A stretch of DNA of 64,000 nt, taken from Glycera tridactyla. Taxonomy: Eukaryota. Below the pieces are notes generated by a model, which had not been told where the DNA came from, searched no databases, and worked only from the letters and a program-made list of their open reading frames with translations. The stretch is from contig OZ286468.1 in assembly GCA_965644265.1 (NCBI GenBank), positions 28,892,001 to 28,956,000 on the forward strand. Direction: 5' to 3'. The translations under genes and the position numbers were made by a program. Below, one piece after another: positions 1 to 12,300 of this stretch (position 1 is its first letter; each line of letters begins with the position of its first letter).

Positions 1-148
1 TCAGTGCCTGCATCTTTCTGCGATTCTTGTGTCCCGCCGTGCTTTCACCGAGCCTCTTCGGCCTACTGCAGGAGTTCCCGCAGGAACGCCCCGCTCGTAA
101 CCTCACACTCATTGCTAAGACCATACAAAATGTCGCCAACTTCACCAA
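1..148 (+). CDS. DAB2IP/RASAL2/SYNGAP1-like: RasGAP (SynGAP/DAB2IP/RASAL2 family) internal exon, GAP domain; exon begins upstream of window
   Basis: Frame from base 3: [49 protein letters not shown], containing the FLR...PA...P...LAK..QN.AN RasGAP signature; donor AA|GTGAGT at 148/149. Confidence 0.95.
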
Positions 149-598
149 GTGAGTATCCCGCTTAATAGCTTTCATTTTGCAATTTTTCTAGCAGCAAACG
201 ATAGGGAAAGTCGAATATGCTTGAGAACACCTCTATACAAAGGCCATGATGCACTTTGATCACCATTGTATTTTCTACAGTAAATGACCTCTCTTCAAAG
301 GCCATCTCACTATGAAGACCACTTTTTGATCTAGCCAAGTGTGGTCTTTGTGGACAGATTAACTGTTCATATCGGAAAGATGACTTGATTCTCATTTTGA
401 GCGAGTTTCAGGGGTGAACAGTGTGACCTTTTACTTCAATCGTGAGAAGGGCAAATTCACTTGAAGTTATGGTGGTTCCGGAAACAAAAAAATTGAATTT
501 TTCTGTAATGGCCCACTAGTTTTCTTATAAATCAGCGATGCTTAAAAGGTTTCCGACCCATTTGATGGTGTTTAAACTCTCCATGATATTTGTTGCAG

Positions 599-689
599 GT
601 TTGGCGGGAAGGAAGAATACATGACGTACATGAACGACTTTGTCGAGCGTGAATTTGATAGCATGCACACATTCCTTGCACATATCTCG
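599..689 (+). CDS. DAB2IP/RASAL2/SYNGAP1-like: RasGAP exon
   Basis: Acceptor TTGCAG|G at 598/599, phase 2 completes K; FGGKEEYMTYMNDFVEREFDSMHTFLAHIS; donor TCG|GTAAGA at 689/690. Confidence 0.95.
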
Positions 690-1260
690 GTAAGATTTCT
701 GCAATTTGGGATGTATAATTAGTTGCAGATATGAAAGAAAGCGTGTTTGTTCATTGTATTTGATTCATAGAGTGGAGATGCCAACCATTATGATTTTGCA
801 GTGATGATCGCTTTTTTAAAGCTCAAATTCAGGCATCTTATGTGTGATATTGCTCCAGGATATTCAGGGATGCCAACCACTATGATTTGGGAGTAGCAAC
901 TACTATTTTTAGTTCAAATTCCTTGCATATTGTGCGTGATGCCACTCTGCGAAATGGGGATACTTCTTATTATTCCATTGCAAGCAATGTTCCTGAAAGG
1001 TTGGCATCCATTTGAAATTCATCATTTTGTTATTCAATCATTGCAGGTGAAGTGTGATTTTCACCTGCCCTCCTGCAAATAATCATAGCCCAAATAATGG
1101 TTGGGTATCTGTCCATCAGGCAGGCAGACTGATAAAATCACCCGCCCTAACAATGAATCTGCCTGCCTGTGCAAGTAGGGCAACCCTTAGCGTAGAGCCC
1201 TGCATAGAAGTTCATGTCAGACAAAATGGTATTCTCATTGTTCTCCACTTGTCTTTTCAG

Positions 1261-2646
1261 TCTCCCGAAGGGAAGAGCGCAGCACTTGAGTTTGATGGAT
1301 ATATCGACCTTGGGAAGGAATTATCGTTGCTACACACCCTGCTGATTGAATCCATCGAGAAGATGACGGAAGCTTCCGAGGAGAAACTTCAGTCACTCAC
1401 ACACATCTTGTCAGATATATCGGAAGCTTTGACCCTTCCCTCTGGCACTCTACGGAGAACACGGACTCCCGCAAACCCTCACATTTACGATAATGTAACA
1501 CGCGTGCCTCATTCACCTGAGACTGCCAAAGCGAACGGACATCGTCCGGTTGGCATAAAGCATTACGAGCCGGACGTTTCCCATTCCAGTGATTTCAGCG
1601 TGCCAAATCATGTTGATGTGGCATCTGATACTTCTGCGCGGAGACGGAGCTTTAATCGTTCAAATTCTGGACTGGATTCCAATGACGATTACGTTCTGTT
1701 AGCTAATTTGGACACACGATTAGGTTCGGATAAACTGAGTGCCAGTCAGCGATCTGGAATACGACCGAACGAGCAACAGGTGAACCAGTCGTGGAGTAAG
1801 ATGGTTTCCGCCGCAGACATGGTGAACGGGGACTATGTGGATTTGATATCATTCATGGATGAGTTACAGGGACAGAATAACTCCACTGCGGAGTTGGACA
1901 ATGGCAGCCAAGTATCCATCGGACAGTTATCCACGGTCGCTTCATCCGGCTATCAGTCGTTCGGTTATAGTCAGTCTAGTTCGCCCGTCGATTCGGCAGT
2001 ACACCAGGACCAATTTACGCCCGTCGCACAGCCACTATCTTTTGCCAATCCTCTATTTCAGCATCAGAATAATTCACAGACTCAGACCGCTCGCTTGCCA
2101 CTTGGACCAATGAGAATAATGAGCAGCAGCTCACTGAGCAGCGATGACGGTGCTTCTAGTCCTTCTCAGCGTTCTAGTCATCCCCATCAGCGACCCTCTG
2201 AAGGTCATAAACTCTCTAGTGTCTCATGTAGCTCAAGTAGTTGTGAGTCGTTAAATCAGTATCGTACGGCCGAAAACGGCAGCATCGGACGGCGATGTCC
2301 ATCGTCCTCGAGTCAAGCTTCAAGTCGAAGTGGACGGAGTCAATTACTCACACATTCACAAAGCGTAAGTGGCAACTCCTCTTTCCAGTCCCCACCCTCA
2401 CCCGATATCAGCACGTCACGTGCTGTCACGATCGCCGAGTTGTCGCGTAGTGCCGAGTTCCTCAAGCAGCGACAGCCAGTCAGCCCGAGCAGGATCAAGC
2501 GAAATGCGACTGATTCTGCACTCGCTGCAGCCTGTGAACCCATGAGTGAGCCGCCTGTCCGACGATGCTCGGTACCCACAAATACGGTTCGCATGGGGGT
2601 ACGCTCTGTGCAAAGACGCCATGATCAAGAGCTTAGCAAACCCGAG
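1261..2646 (+). CDS. DAB2IP/RASAL2/SYNGAP1-like: RasGAP large exon: end of GAP region plus long Ser-rich disordered linker
   Basis: Acceptor CTTTTCAG| at 1260; SPEGKSAALEFDGYIDLGKELSLLH (FDGYIDLGRELS is typical of the family) ... ELSKPE; donor GAG|GTATGG at 2646/2647; lies within ORF 1054..2703. Confidence 0.93.
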
Positions 2647-3605
2647 GTATGGTGCACCCTCCTTTTGTTCTTCAGTTCAAACCACAAAAGTAGTTTTAGT
2701 TAAGAGCTTGAAATGGTTATGAACAAAGAATGTGCAAGAGAATCAAAACGGAAGGCCATAGAATAGAATCAAAAATTTCATTTTGGGCAAGTATCACTTC
2801 TACTCTTAGGAGACTGTCCTGAAAGTAATTGTTTTCAGTGGCCTTGAAGGGATGCTATACATACTTACTGATTGGAATTCTGATGAAATAACACCAAGAA
2901 ATGTGAATGTAGGTGTTGAACCATCAATTTCCGAGAATATGTGTGAATATTTGTACATTTTTATGATGTACATTTCTGAATACAAAGTTATTTGTTTTGG
3001 CCATCAGTGCAATGCCAAACATGGCTATTCCTAAATCAAATTCGAAAAATATCATCTCTCCATTCATTGTTTCTTATCTAATCAATGAAGATGTTGGTTG
3101 TGAAAATAAAAGTAGTTCAACTGAAAGACATGAAATGAAAATCACCCTGGCGTTTCTGGAGATTTTCACACTCTATAGTAGTTGCCATGGTACAACAAAT
3201 TCAAGATCTTGTGCTTCAGAAGGACGTCTTGAAAGTCGTGATTTTGGAAGCCAATGCTAATTTTTTAAAAAAGCAGTGATTTTACAAATAATGGTGGTTT
3301 GATCTGATTCAGAAATCATATGTTGCCCCCATTAACTTCTCTGCGTTCATGCATTCAGTTTTAATTTCCCTGCTTTTCTCCACTGGGTGCATAACTTATG
3401 TTTTTGTGGAAGATGTTCATTTCTTGGTTAAAGGTGTATCTTTAACATCATTGCTGGCAATCCATGTTATTTCTCCTCATTTTTGCATCCTTATGTTTCG
3501 ATATTGGAAGTTTTGAGATAGGAGTTTAGGGCTGTCTACACTTGTGATGCAATTTGGAAATTTTCTGAGAGAGAATCTGAAAATGAGTGAGACATATTGA
3601 AAGTC

Positions 3606-3783
3606 CACCAGTGATAAGAGACCATCCAAATTAATCAGTTGTTGGTTGAAAAATTGTAGAGTGAGACCTCCAATGAGGGACCTCCTGACGAGAGACCACC
3701 TGCAATGAGAGACTGCCTTACCAGTGCATCTTTCACATCTTTTCAGTGACATTTAGGGTGGTCTCTTGTCACATGTTTCACTG
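3606..3783. mobile_element. Degenerate Tc1/mariner-type MITE
   Basis: Right end CATGTTTCACTG|TA and internal GAGACC motifs shared with the MITEs at 4871 and 22080; left end degraded and approximate. Confidence 0.4.
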
Positions 3784-4870
3784 TACCAGTTGGGAAACAC
3801 TGAAAGTGTGTGCCATGTCATGTTGAAATGGGGTCGCTTGTGTATGTTGGATGTCAGTTGTAATTGAGATTTTAATAGCATGTAAGTACAGGACAGGAGG
3901 GTTCAAAATTCGATCTCTGGTATAATAGTGGGCGGACATGTGCAGTGTCTAATCCAGATGGGTGTTGGAGCAAATTGCCCACAGACCTGACAGGATGTCC
4001 CACACTTTGCCCCATCTGAAAGCCCAATTGATGCATTTAAATGACATCGTCTATTCTGTTTCCTGGGTAGTTGCTTTCACCTGGCCACAGCACTAAGCTG
4101 ATTTCTCATTTGATCGAACCATCATGGCATTGCCTGAAAAAATACCCCTCCCTCCAAGAACACCCCTATTTTTTCATCGAAATGCCCCCTTTTTTCCAAG
4201 GGGGGGGGGGGAGCTTTCCCCCCTGGAGTCAATTTCTACAATGGACATTGCATGTGATTTTTCTCGGGGAAACAAACTGAAGTCAGGTTTTCTTCTGAGT
4301 AAGAAGTGGCTTTCATGCAAAACTGCCGATAGGGAGACTTTTTTTCCCAGTTTTTTTTCTGATGATCCAATCACATCCCTGAGAGGGTTCCGCCCCACCA
4401 AGATTAGAAACCTCACCCAAGAATAGATTTGACAGCTGTACTGGTAACGTCGGAATCTCTTAAACTCCGTCAGTGATACTGAGCTGAGATCAGATTCGGT
4501 CAAACTCATCACACAAACAAACAAACACACCAACAAACAAACAGTTGGGACTGTTCTTGAGTGGTGGTCCCTACCCCAACTGCTTCCCTTGAATGTATGT
4601 ACATCAGATTTTGCTGCCTGAAATTGATATGTTGCTGAAATCCAGCCTAAAGTTTCTGGAGATACTTCAGAGATTATGTTGGGGTATTTTTTATGGAAAT
4701 GTTTGAAAATTTCGCTTCATCTCTGTTGAATCACTCCGTAGTCGTTCAATCTTTTCAGATCAGATTGTTGTAACCTTGTTTGATTCACATTGAAAAGTTA
4801 ACCAATATTTTCATTTCAGAGCTAAGGTGGATGATATCCCTATTTTTTTCTTTGCAACCCAAAAAGTATA

Positions 4871-5031
4871 CAGTAAAGCCTGCAACAAGAGACTGCCCTA
4901 GTTGTCACCCCAAAATAAATGGTCTCTCTTCTGAGATAAATTTGACTGTCAGATAGGCAAGCTGCCCTGAGGAAGCCATCTCACATCAAAGGTGGTCTAT
5001 TATCGGGGGTCTCTTGCAGCAGGTTTCCCTG
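4871..5031. mobile_element. Tc1/mariner (pogo/Tigger-like) MITE
   Basis: TA|CAGTAAAGCCTGCAACAAGAGAC ... GTCTCTTGCAGCAGGTTTCCCTG|TA: imperfect TIR, TA TSD. Confidence 0.75.
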
Positions 5032-5158
5032 TAATTTATTTGTACACTTCCAACCTTTGTAGGCGGATTTGCTTGATGCATTCAATTCACAAATATTGGA
5101 GTGAAAGTGGTGTGATTTGATTTTATTCTCAAAATTTTGAGTTCTTTATCTTTTTCAG

Positions 5159-5340
5159 TACGAGCAGGAATTGAACATCTTACGGCAGCAGTTGGCGGAG
5201 ACGCAGGCGATGTTACACGAGACACAGCAGCGGCTTTTGTCACAAGAGACAACGTGGAAGACAACGTTAGAAGACAACGAGGATCGTCTGAAGAAGGAGC
5301 AGTCAGTGAAAGACGACCAGATGAAGGGAATTATTCACAG
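5159..5340 (+). CDS. DAB2IP/RASAL2/SYNGAP1-like: RasGAP exon, C-terminal coiled coil
   Basis: Acceptor TTTTTCAG| at 5158; YEQELNILRQQLAETQAMLHETQQRLLSQE...KDDQMKGIIH(R); donor AG|GTACC at 5340/5341, phase 2. Confidence 0.92.
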
Positions 5341-6993
5341 GTACCACTCGCCCACGTTAGTTTCTGTTTTACACTATTAACCAACCAGCGGTGAATGTCA
5401 TATCTATCACGACCCAAACACGTCATCAAAATTCCACCAAAACGAGAAAAAAATGTAGTTTTCCAAAGGTTATATGATCATTCAGAAATTCTGAATGGAT
5501 GATTATCGACTAGCATCATTGATTCTATGTTGTCTTTCTGAGTCCGCATTCCCTCATTCAGGTCTAGAAATCTGTCCGCAATGGCTGTCAATTGTTCTTG
5601 TCATTCAAATGACATTGGTTCAAGACGAATAGAATTTTTTATTTCATTTGCTGTCGTTGAGAACGGACAATCCTTTTGGTATATAATTGCAGGGCTCCAC
5701 ATTGACCTTTACTCCACCTGTCCTTTGGGCAAGTGGAGTGAATTGTCACCTGCCCTCAACATTTTTGTGTGCTCTCTTGAAGAAATTTCAACAGAATCAT
5801 GGGTATGGACGCACCCATTGGGGCAGGTACATGATTCCAATTCCCAGCCGCAGCAGTAAATCAGCATTTTGTATCAAGTAGGGCAGGGTTTACTTCAGAA
5901 CCCTGAGTATCGAGGCATCTATTTTGGGATGTTTTTGGCAATAATTATGATGACATGAGTGGGTTTTGAGTTACATACTAATGTCACTGCCATGGGAACC
6001 CTTTCATTCTTGAATATACTTCCACTAATTGGTCAACAAAGGATTGAATGTGAATTGAATATGCTTGCCAAGATTGTCCTGTATGATCGGCGAAAATGGG
6101 TGCCCGTATCACATGCAGGATCAAAAATGACAAATGAAATTCAAAATTATTTGTTGTAGTGGGTAAAATCAGTTTTGTGATTATTCTTGACTGAATTCTA
6201 GTTATGCCGTTGAAATGAGTATATTTTCGGTGGGCCATGTACATTTTAATATCACCTGCCTATTAGATGGTGGGAAAATGAGCATGGATTGAGAATAGAT
6301 AGGCCAGGTTGGTGTATTAAAGTGGGGCATATGAAATACACATCCACCAGTCCAGGTGGCAAGTGGATTTTCATGTTTTCATGCCCTGAAGCCATTCATC
6401 GTTTCTAACCATTTCAGACATTTAAAATTCAGTCTGAATGAATTTCTGATTCAAGAATGGAAGGTGTTCGACGAAGTTTGCCCGATAATTTCCCATATGT
6501 GAATGTGAACCAGGCTTAAGTATGTTCTTCTTGACATTTCTCCGGAATGGGGTGCTCTCAATTTCTCGTCCCAAACTATCAGAAGTGGCTCACAGTGACC
6601 GGGATTCATTTGAATGATGGCAGCCTGCTAATTTTCTGTAATTTTTGCTTTTCGTTGGCAATACATTTTTTATGATGGTATGAGGGAAAAATAATGTTTG
6701 GAAATTCAAACTTAGGCTGATTATTTTGTATTCACAGCGAAAGCTTGGTGTTTGCATTAAATGGATTCATGTATAGCTTCTGCCACTCAGCTTCACCATG
6801 TTGTAACACTCTCACTCGGGTTCCATCTTGTGCCCCCCCCCCCCCCTCACTCCCAGAAACTGGTATTCATGCATAAAGCATTCAGATGGTCATGTACATG
6901 TATATTTATGTGGGTCACATATGTATGCATGTATGATATTCATTCCACATGTATACATGTGGCTGCATATGACTGTAATCATGTACATGTATA

Positions 6994-7123
6994 NNNNNNN
7001 NNNNNNNNNNNNNNNNNNNNNNNNNNNNNNNNNNNNNNNNNNNNNNNNNNNNNNNNNNNNNNNNNNNNNNNNNNNNNNNNNNNNNNNNNNNNNNNNNNNN
7101 NNNNNNNNNNNNNNNNNNNNNNN
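6994..7123. other. Assembly gap (130 N)
   Basis: N run preceded by (TACATG)-like low-complexity sequence. Confidence 1.
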
Positions 7124-8334
7124 TGATCAAAATGGCCCTATTTTGTGTATTGAATATCATCTCCCATATGTCTATGCACATAAAAATGCTCTGGTAAATT
7201 TCATTGAGACCAAGGCCAAAAATTCCCATCCAATTTCCTTTGGTCCTTCAGATTGACCTACTTACTCGGAGCAAGTCGTAGTTTTTGGCTTTAAAAGCTT
7301 AACAATGGCTGCAGTTCCTCGGACATGAACACTGTTCTGTTTTGTATAGGGTGAAGGCTTAATATTTATTTAGCTTTTATTTTGCACCATTTGATGAAGG
7401 CTTTTGATCACCTGTTGACAAATCTGTTGTGAATGACTTGCAATTTGATATTTTGTTTGGTATACTTTTATTTGGTGCAGTCCCTCTTCCTTTGGATTTC
7501 GAGCTTGAGGGAATTTCCAATTTCAACGCTCATGGATAGTTGCAAGCAGAAGAAGGCCAACTGACTCAGATCAGTGTTTTCACAACATGGGTTCAATTTT
7601 GAGCATATGTCAAACCTTACTCGTATTCAGAAATTTGCGGCACCATATCTTTTGTTCATATTTGAAAGCTGCCTTCCAGTGGTTGATGAACTATCAGTTC
7701 CCCAGGTCACCACAGGAGGTCACTCCCTGCAATGCACATCTTATTCAACTGGAGTTTCCGTAGCAACCAAGAACAGCTAGGAACCTTTTTGAATACACCC
7801 ATGCCACAGTGAAATGCCCCAGGATGCATTGCTCCCTCTGTAAAAATTCTTCACTTGAGATATGCCAGTGAGCTGCGAATTAATGAAAGATTTATTAGTA
7901 ATCGAATCTTCCTCTGGGAATGAAGGGTAGTTTTTTTTCTCATTCATCCATTTCTCATTTCATGAATATATATTGGAATTTGCATGACCTGTCGTTTCCA
8001 TCACTTCCCTCCAATTTTCCTTGCACAGGCACGATCCCCAAACCACCTACCTCCGCTATTGCTACGCATTTGCACTGCCTACGGAAAACAAGGGGGTTCC
8101 TTTTATCAGAAATGGCTGTAAGTTTCAGAACAGATACTCTCAAAGATATGTGGGGATGATTTCAGAAAATCTATTCATATTCCTGAAAATTCAGCTTTAC
8201 CCCATATTGACCTCATTGTCGTGAAGTCACTGCTTCCTTCTCAAGAAGATATTCAAAAATTATGAGGGTCTGAGAAATTCTTATAAGGGTCAGGGTATAC
8301 CTCCAACAAAGCTCTCGCCGTATAAATCAATATA

Positions 8335-8509
8335 CAGTAAAACCTGCTTTAGTGAAATCCTGTCCACAGTGAAATCCTGTCTACAGTGAAAAGAAAAATC
8401 TGGCCCGAACGTTTTTTTTCACTATGATTGACCTGTATATAGTGAAATCCTGTCTACAGTGATAAGAAAAATCTGGCCCGTGACTTTTCACTATAGACAG
8501 GTTTTACTG
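8335..8509. mobile_element. Tc1/mariner (pogo/Tigger-like) MITE
   Basis: TA|CAGTAAAACCTG ... CAGGTTTTACTG|TA perfect 12-bp TIR; internal repeated AGTGAAATCCTGTCTACAGTG and AGAAAAATCTGGCCCG. Confidence 0.8.
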
Positions 8510-9265
8510 TATATGTACATATCTGGATATGTCTCAATTTGTTCCAGAAGTATGACATAAATGCCAACCTTTGAGAGACAATGTTAGTAGTTTTGCCGAT
8601 TCCAATTACTAGAAATGCCACTCTATGCACTGGAATAATGAGAAAAATCTTGATGAATCAGAGTAGCATTCCCGGTTCAAATGCAAGAATTTTGGAAATC
8701 ATGAGACAATTTCTTTCAAACTGTAAGATGAGAAGCAAATGAAAGTGGGGGACCGGATGAACATATGACAGGGAAGATTTTCCCTCTCGGCCCCCAACAT
8801 GAAGCTGATTTTTTGTTATCAAGATGAACCTTTCTTTCATTTCATCCCTAGAAATTCTCATTTCCTGAATATTCATGGAAGATAATACTTCCTGCATGAT
8901 ATTGCAATGTGGAAGTTAAAGCATGAAATTGTTGAAGTATGGAATTTGGTTTGCAGTGGTCTGATTGCTATACGCTTTTGATTGAGAATTTGAATTTGAA
9001 ATTGCTCAAGATTATTCTTGATAGTAACGGATATTGTAAATTTGAAATTGTGGCTTCATGTTGAAATTGTGAGTCCAAGCATGGAGATATATACCAGTAC
9101 CTGTGCATGCATTTTATAGAGTGTTTGTTCTTTTGTCTTTGAAATATTGTGAAAATTGAGTTACATAAAAAGTCGAAGAGATTTTTTGAATGGATTTGAT
9201 TGGTTTGCTGTTCTGACTTGAATGGACATTGAATTGAGAATGAGTGTATGTATGCCGGTTTCTAG

Positions 9266-9341
9266 GGGCGATATGGATGGTTACCATGGTAACCACTCAC
9301 CGTCATCAGCCCTGCAACTCGTATTTGAGACTGGCCTCTGA
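9266..9341 (+). CDS. Candidate alternative terminal exon of the RasGAP ending in a PDZ ligand (-ETGL*)
   Basis: Acceptor TTTCTAG|G at 9265/9266 in the phase 2 required by exon 5159..5340; (R)GDMDGYHGNHSPSSALQLVFETGL*; polypyrimidine tract is weak; no transcript evidence. Confidence 0.45.
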
Positions 9342-12300
9342 TAAAAGTAGTGCCTGTAGCCTCCTTACACACTACCCCACCTGTATGTACAGGGTGAGTC
9401 TGGTATTCCTACGCTGCTGCTGCCGCTTCGATGACGATTTTCATCGTCATCGTTGTTACCGTTAGTTACATGATCGTACTACATTCTTCCCTTCATCAAC
9501 TAGTGTTTGTCTCTCACACTCAACTCACTTCATGTGACGTAACCTCAAGCAGTGAAATCCCAGTCAGTAGAGAACTAATTCTCCAAAGGCACACCTTGAA
9601 TTCAATTTGATTTCTACTCCAATTCCCATGTACGGATGCACCAATTTTTCCGCTTTTTTTTCCTAACAAATTTTGCAGCCATTTGTTGGTACATAAATTC
9701 GATCTATGATAATGAATATTCTCCATTCTGCATCAAATAGCTCCTGAATGGTGAGGATGGATGAGGGTGAAAGGCAAAGGTCCCTATCCTGATTGTCCCT
9801 GTTAAACTTTTGTGAGATTATATTAATTGGTGGTATAGCCAAGAATTTACCAGTAGGCTCCAAAGAAATTTATTTGCATTAAGCATTTTTGATTTCATCC
9901 TGGAAGTATGGTTTTGGTTTTGATCTCATCCAATTTGGATGAACCAAAACAGTATATATTTTTTTTCTATCCATTTTTGCGTGGGAATGAAATGGTGATC
10001 TCATGAATGGTGATGGTTTCTCAAATATTTCATATTGTTCAAATCATATTGTTTTATGTATCGCATTGACTCTACCCTTTTCATATCAATGCTGTGATGA
10101 ACTAGTCTCAGTTTTGATGTTTCCACAAACCGGCTTCACATCTGCCATCTTCTGAAAGACACACCTGTCAGGTGTCGATTTTTCAACTGGCACCACTAAT
10201 ATTTTGAGACTCATGAACCCTGAAATCCAGCCTCAAATAATGTAGTTTTGTACACAAACACCAGATGTCATAGTGCACCTGTTTTTGACCACCAGATGTC
10301 AGACCTCACTACTGCTTGAATTGCGATCACATGGACTGAGTTTGATTGGTCAGTCAGAAGATTTTGTTGTTTTTGTGCATCTCTGTCTTGTACCCAAGCA
10401 CCTCATTTCATTTCATTTACTTCTCCATAATTTCTCGTAGTTTTATTTTTCTTGCGGCACTTATCGACACCTTTGTGAAGTCTGAATTTTTTTCTCTACC
10501 TTTTTGAGTGACAATGATTCCTAGAAGCGATTTTGTTCTGCTCAAGATGTCATCTTGTTTTTTGGTTTTTTTGTTTACCTGGGACCTACAGCGGAATTGA
10601 GCAAGCTCATTCTGAGACTACTCATATCCATTCAGGAAAAGAACGACTTATGTTGAGATTTGTGAAGATAGCTTGTGAATGTTCTTTGATGAATTGCATA
10701 TTTGCTGTGGAAAGTCTTCAGAGCCACCGGTTGACTATTGTTGATCATTGCAAGTCTTTGCAATGATTACTGGACTTGCTGCAGATTGTCCTTGTCATCA
10801 AGATAGTTTGCAAACCGACGAGAAAGAGTGATGCCAATTCTCCATAAGATTTTGAAGCTGCTCCAGTTCCACATCGATTCTGAAAGCAAAAAGAGCTTCT
10901 TTACCCTGCCAAATAAAATATTGACCAAGCAGTATTTCATTGAGCAGTGTATTTGCTTGAGAAATTTATCTTTTGGATTGTAAGCACTGACTCGATAGGG
11001 TCACAGAGCCAGAGAACTTGCTTGTTTTGAGACTCATTTGAGTACAATCCCGGATCTCCATTGCTCAACATTCCTAATCGAAATCACCATTTCAGAGCAA
11101 ATAAGTGCAACTTTTCATGCATATTGACTTCTATGACAATATTGTTTAGATTTTGCCTGGTATCTGGCCTGGGTTGAAGAGACGTTAAGCCCTACTCAAA
11201 CAATCATTTCTCAGTTGTAGTTTGCTTCTGTTCTTGGCCAGTTCATAGTTAGAGTAAGTTTAGTTGTGATTAGTCCTTCGGCTCATCCCATTTGGTTCAT
11301 CCACTCTTGACCTGAATAAGTTGCTAATCCATCTCCAGATCATCAGCAGGATGTACCCTGTAGTTTTCTTTTTTCAATCTTGACAGATCGCTACAAGAAA
11401 AAGTTGAATGGATTTAGCAATGACCGCTTGTTTACATGTTACTATCATAGTTTTTGAACTTGTCCTGTTTGAATGGATTTATAGGACAGAAGTGGCCAGT
11501 GAAAACAACAACACCAATGGGTGTGTTTGGTATCTGACAAACTGAGAGCGAAGGTAGACCTGTGAGCTCAATGTGGTATTCAAGTATTTGGTTCTCGGCT
11601 TTGGCTGCAGGCCCACCAGCATGTCTGCTTTCAGCTGACTGCCTGGGCAGTGCTTTGGATGTCATGACCTCAAACCCATTATCTGTCAAAATCCTTGTTG
11701 CATTTATGTGCAGAAGTGACTTGCTCAGTCATTTTAAGCTTCATTTTTCACCTCTCAGCAGCTTTCTGATGACATCAACTAGTTCGAAAGATGGCTGCTC
11801 ATGTTGAGTGTCACCTAGTGTTAGTCCTGCACAACATAAACTTCTCAGTGTCACACCAGAGTCATTTGAAGAACTCATGGTGTTGGCATTCATATCATGT
11901 TTATGGAGGTCATAATATAGTTGAGGGTTTCCCCATTGCATACAGATGATAAGAGGCTTGCATTTACCCCAGTGATAATTTGATAAGAGAGATTGATATA
12001 TAAGCGGGGGTTTAAGGGCTAGTTTGAGTATTTGGTAGTGTATTCAGACATACTGTAGTTGATATGCAGGGTCTTCTCCTGTACTCAAAGATATCTATAC
12101 ACATCTTACTCCTAACTTCCTTTTGATTCTACCCACCAACAGCAACCTTTTCGACCCAAAATTACCGGCTGGAATTGGATAGATAGATTCTGGATAGGAT
12201 TCATTTCAATAGTTATAAATTTCGAGTGTCATATTCTTGTTTTCAAACGTCATGTCAAATTCCATCACTTGTATTGCTCTCATTTTTGCTGTTTACAAAT

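Noticed and set aside
1054-1260. N-terminal extension of ORF 1054..2703
   Set aside because: Intronic read-through; the acceptor at 1260 and family homology start at 1261
5240-5290. Coiled coil appears about 6-7 aa shorter than vertebrate paralogs, at a GACAACG triple repeat
   Set aside because: Frame is intact; lineage divergence cannot be told from repeat collapse without reads
6761-7256. ORFs spanning N gaps (also 17709-18121 and 60144-60389) and the TG-repeat ORFs at 15525-15815
   Set aside because: Artefacts of N runs and microsatellites
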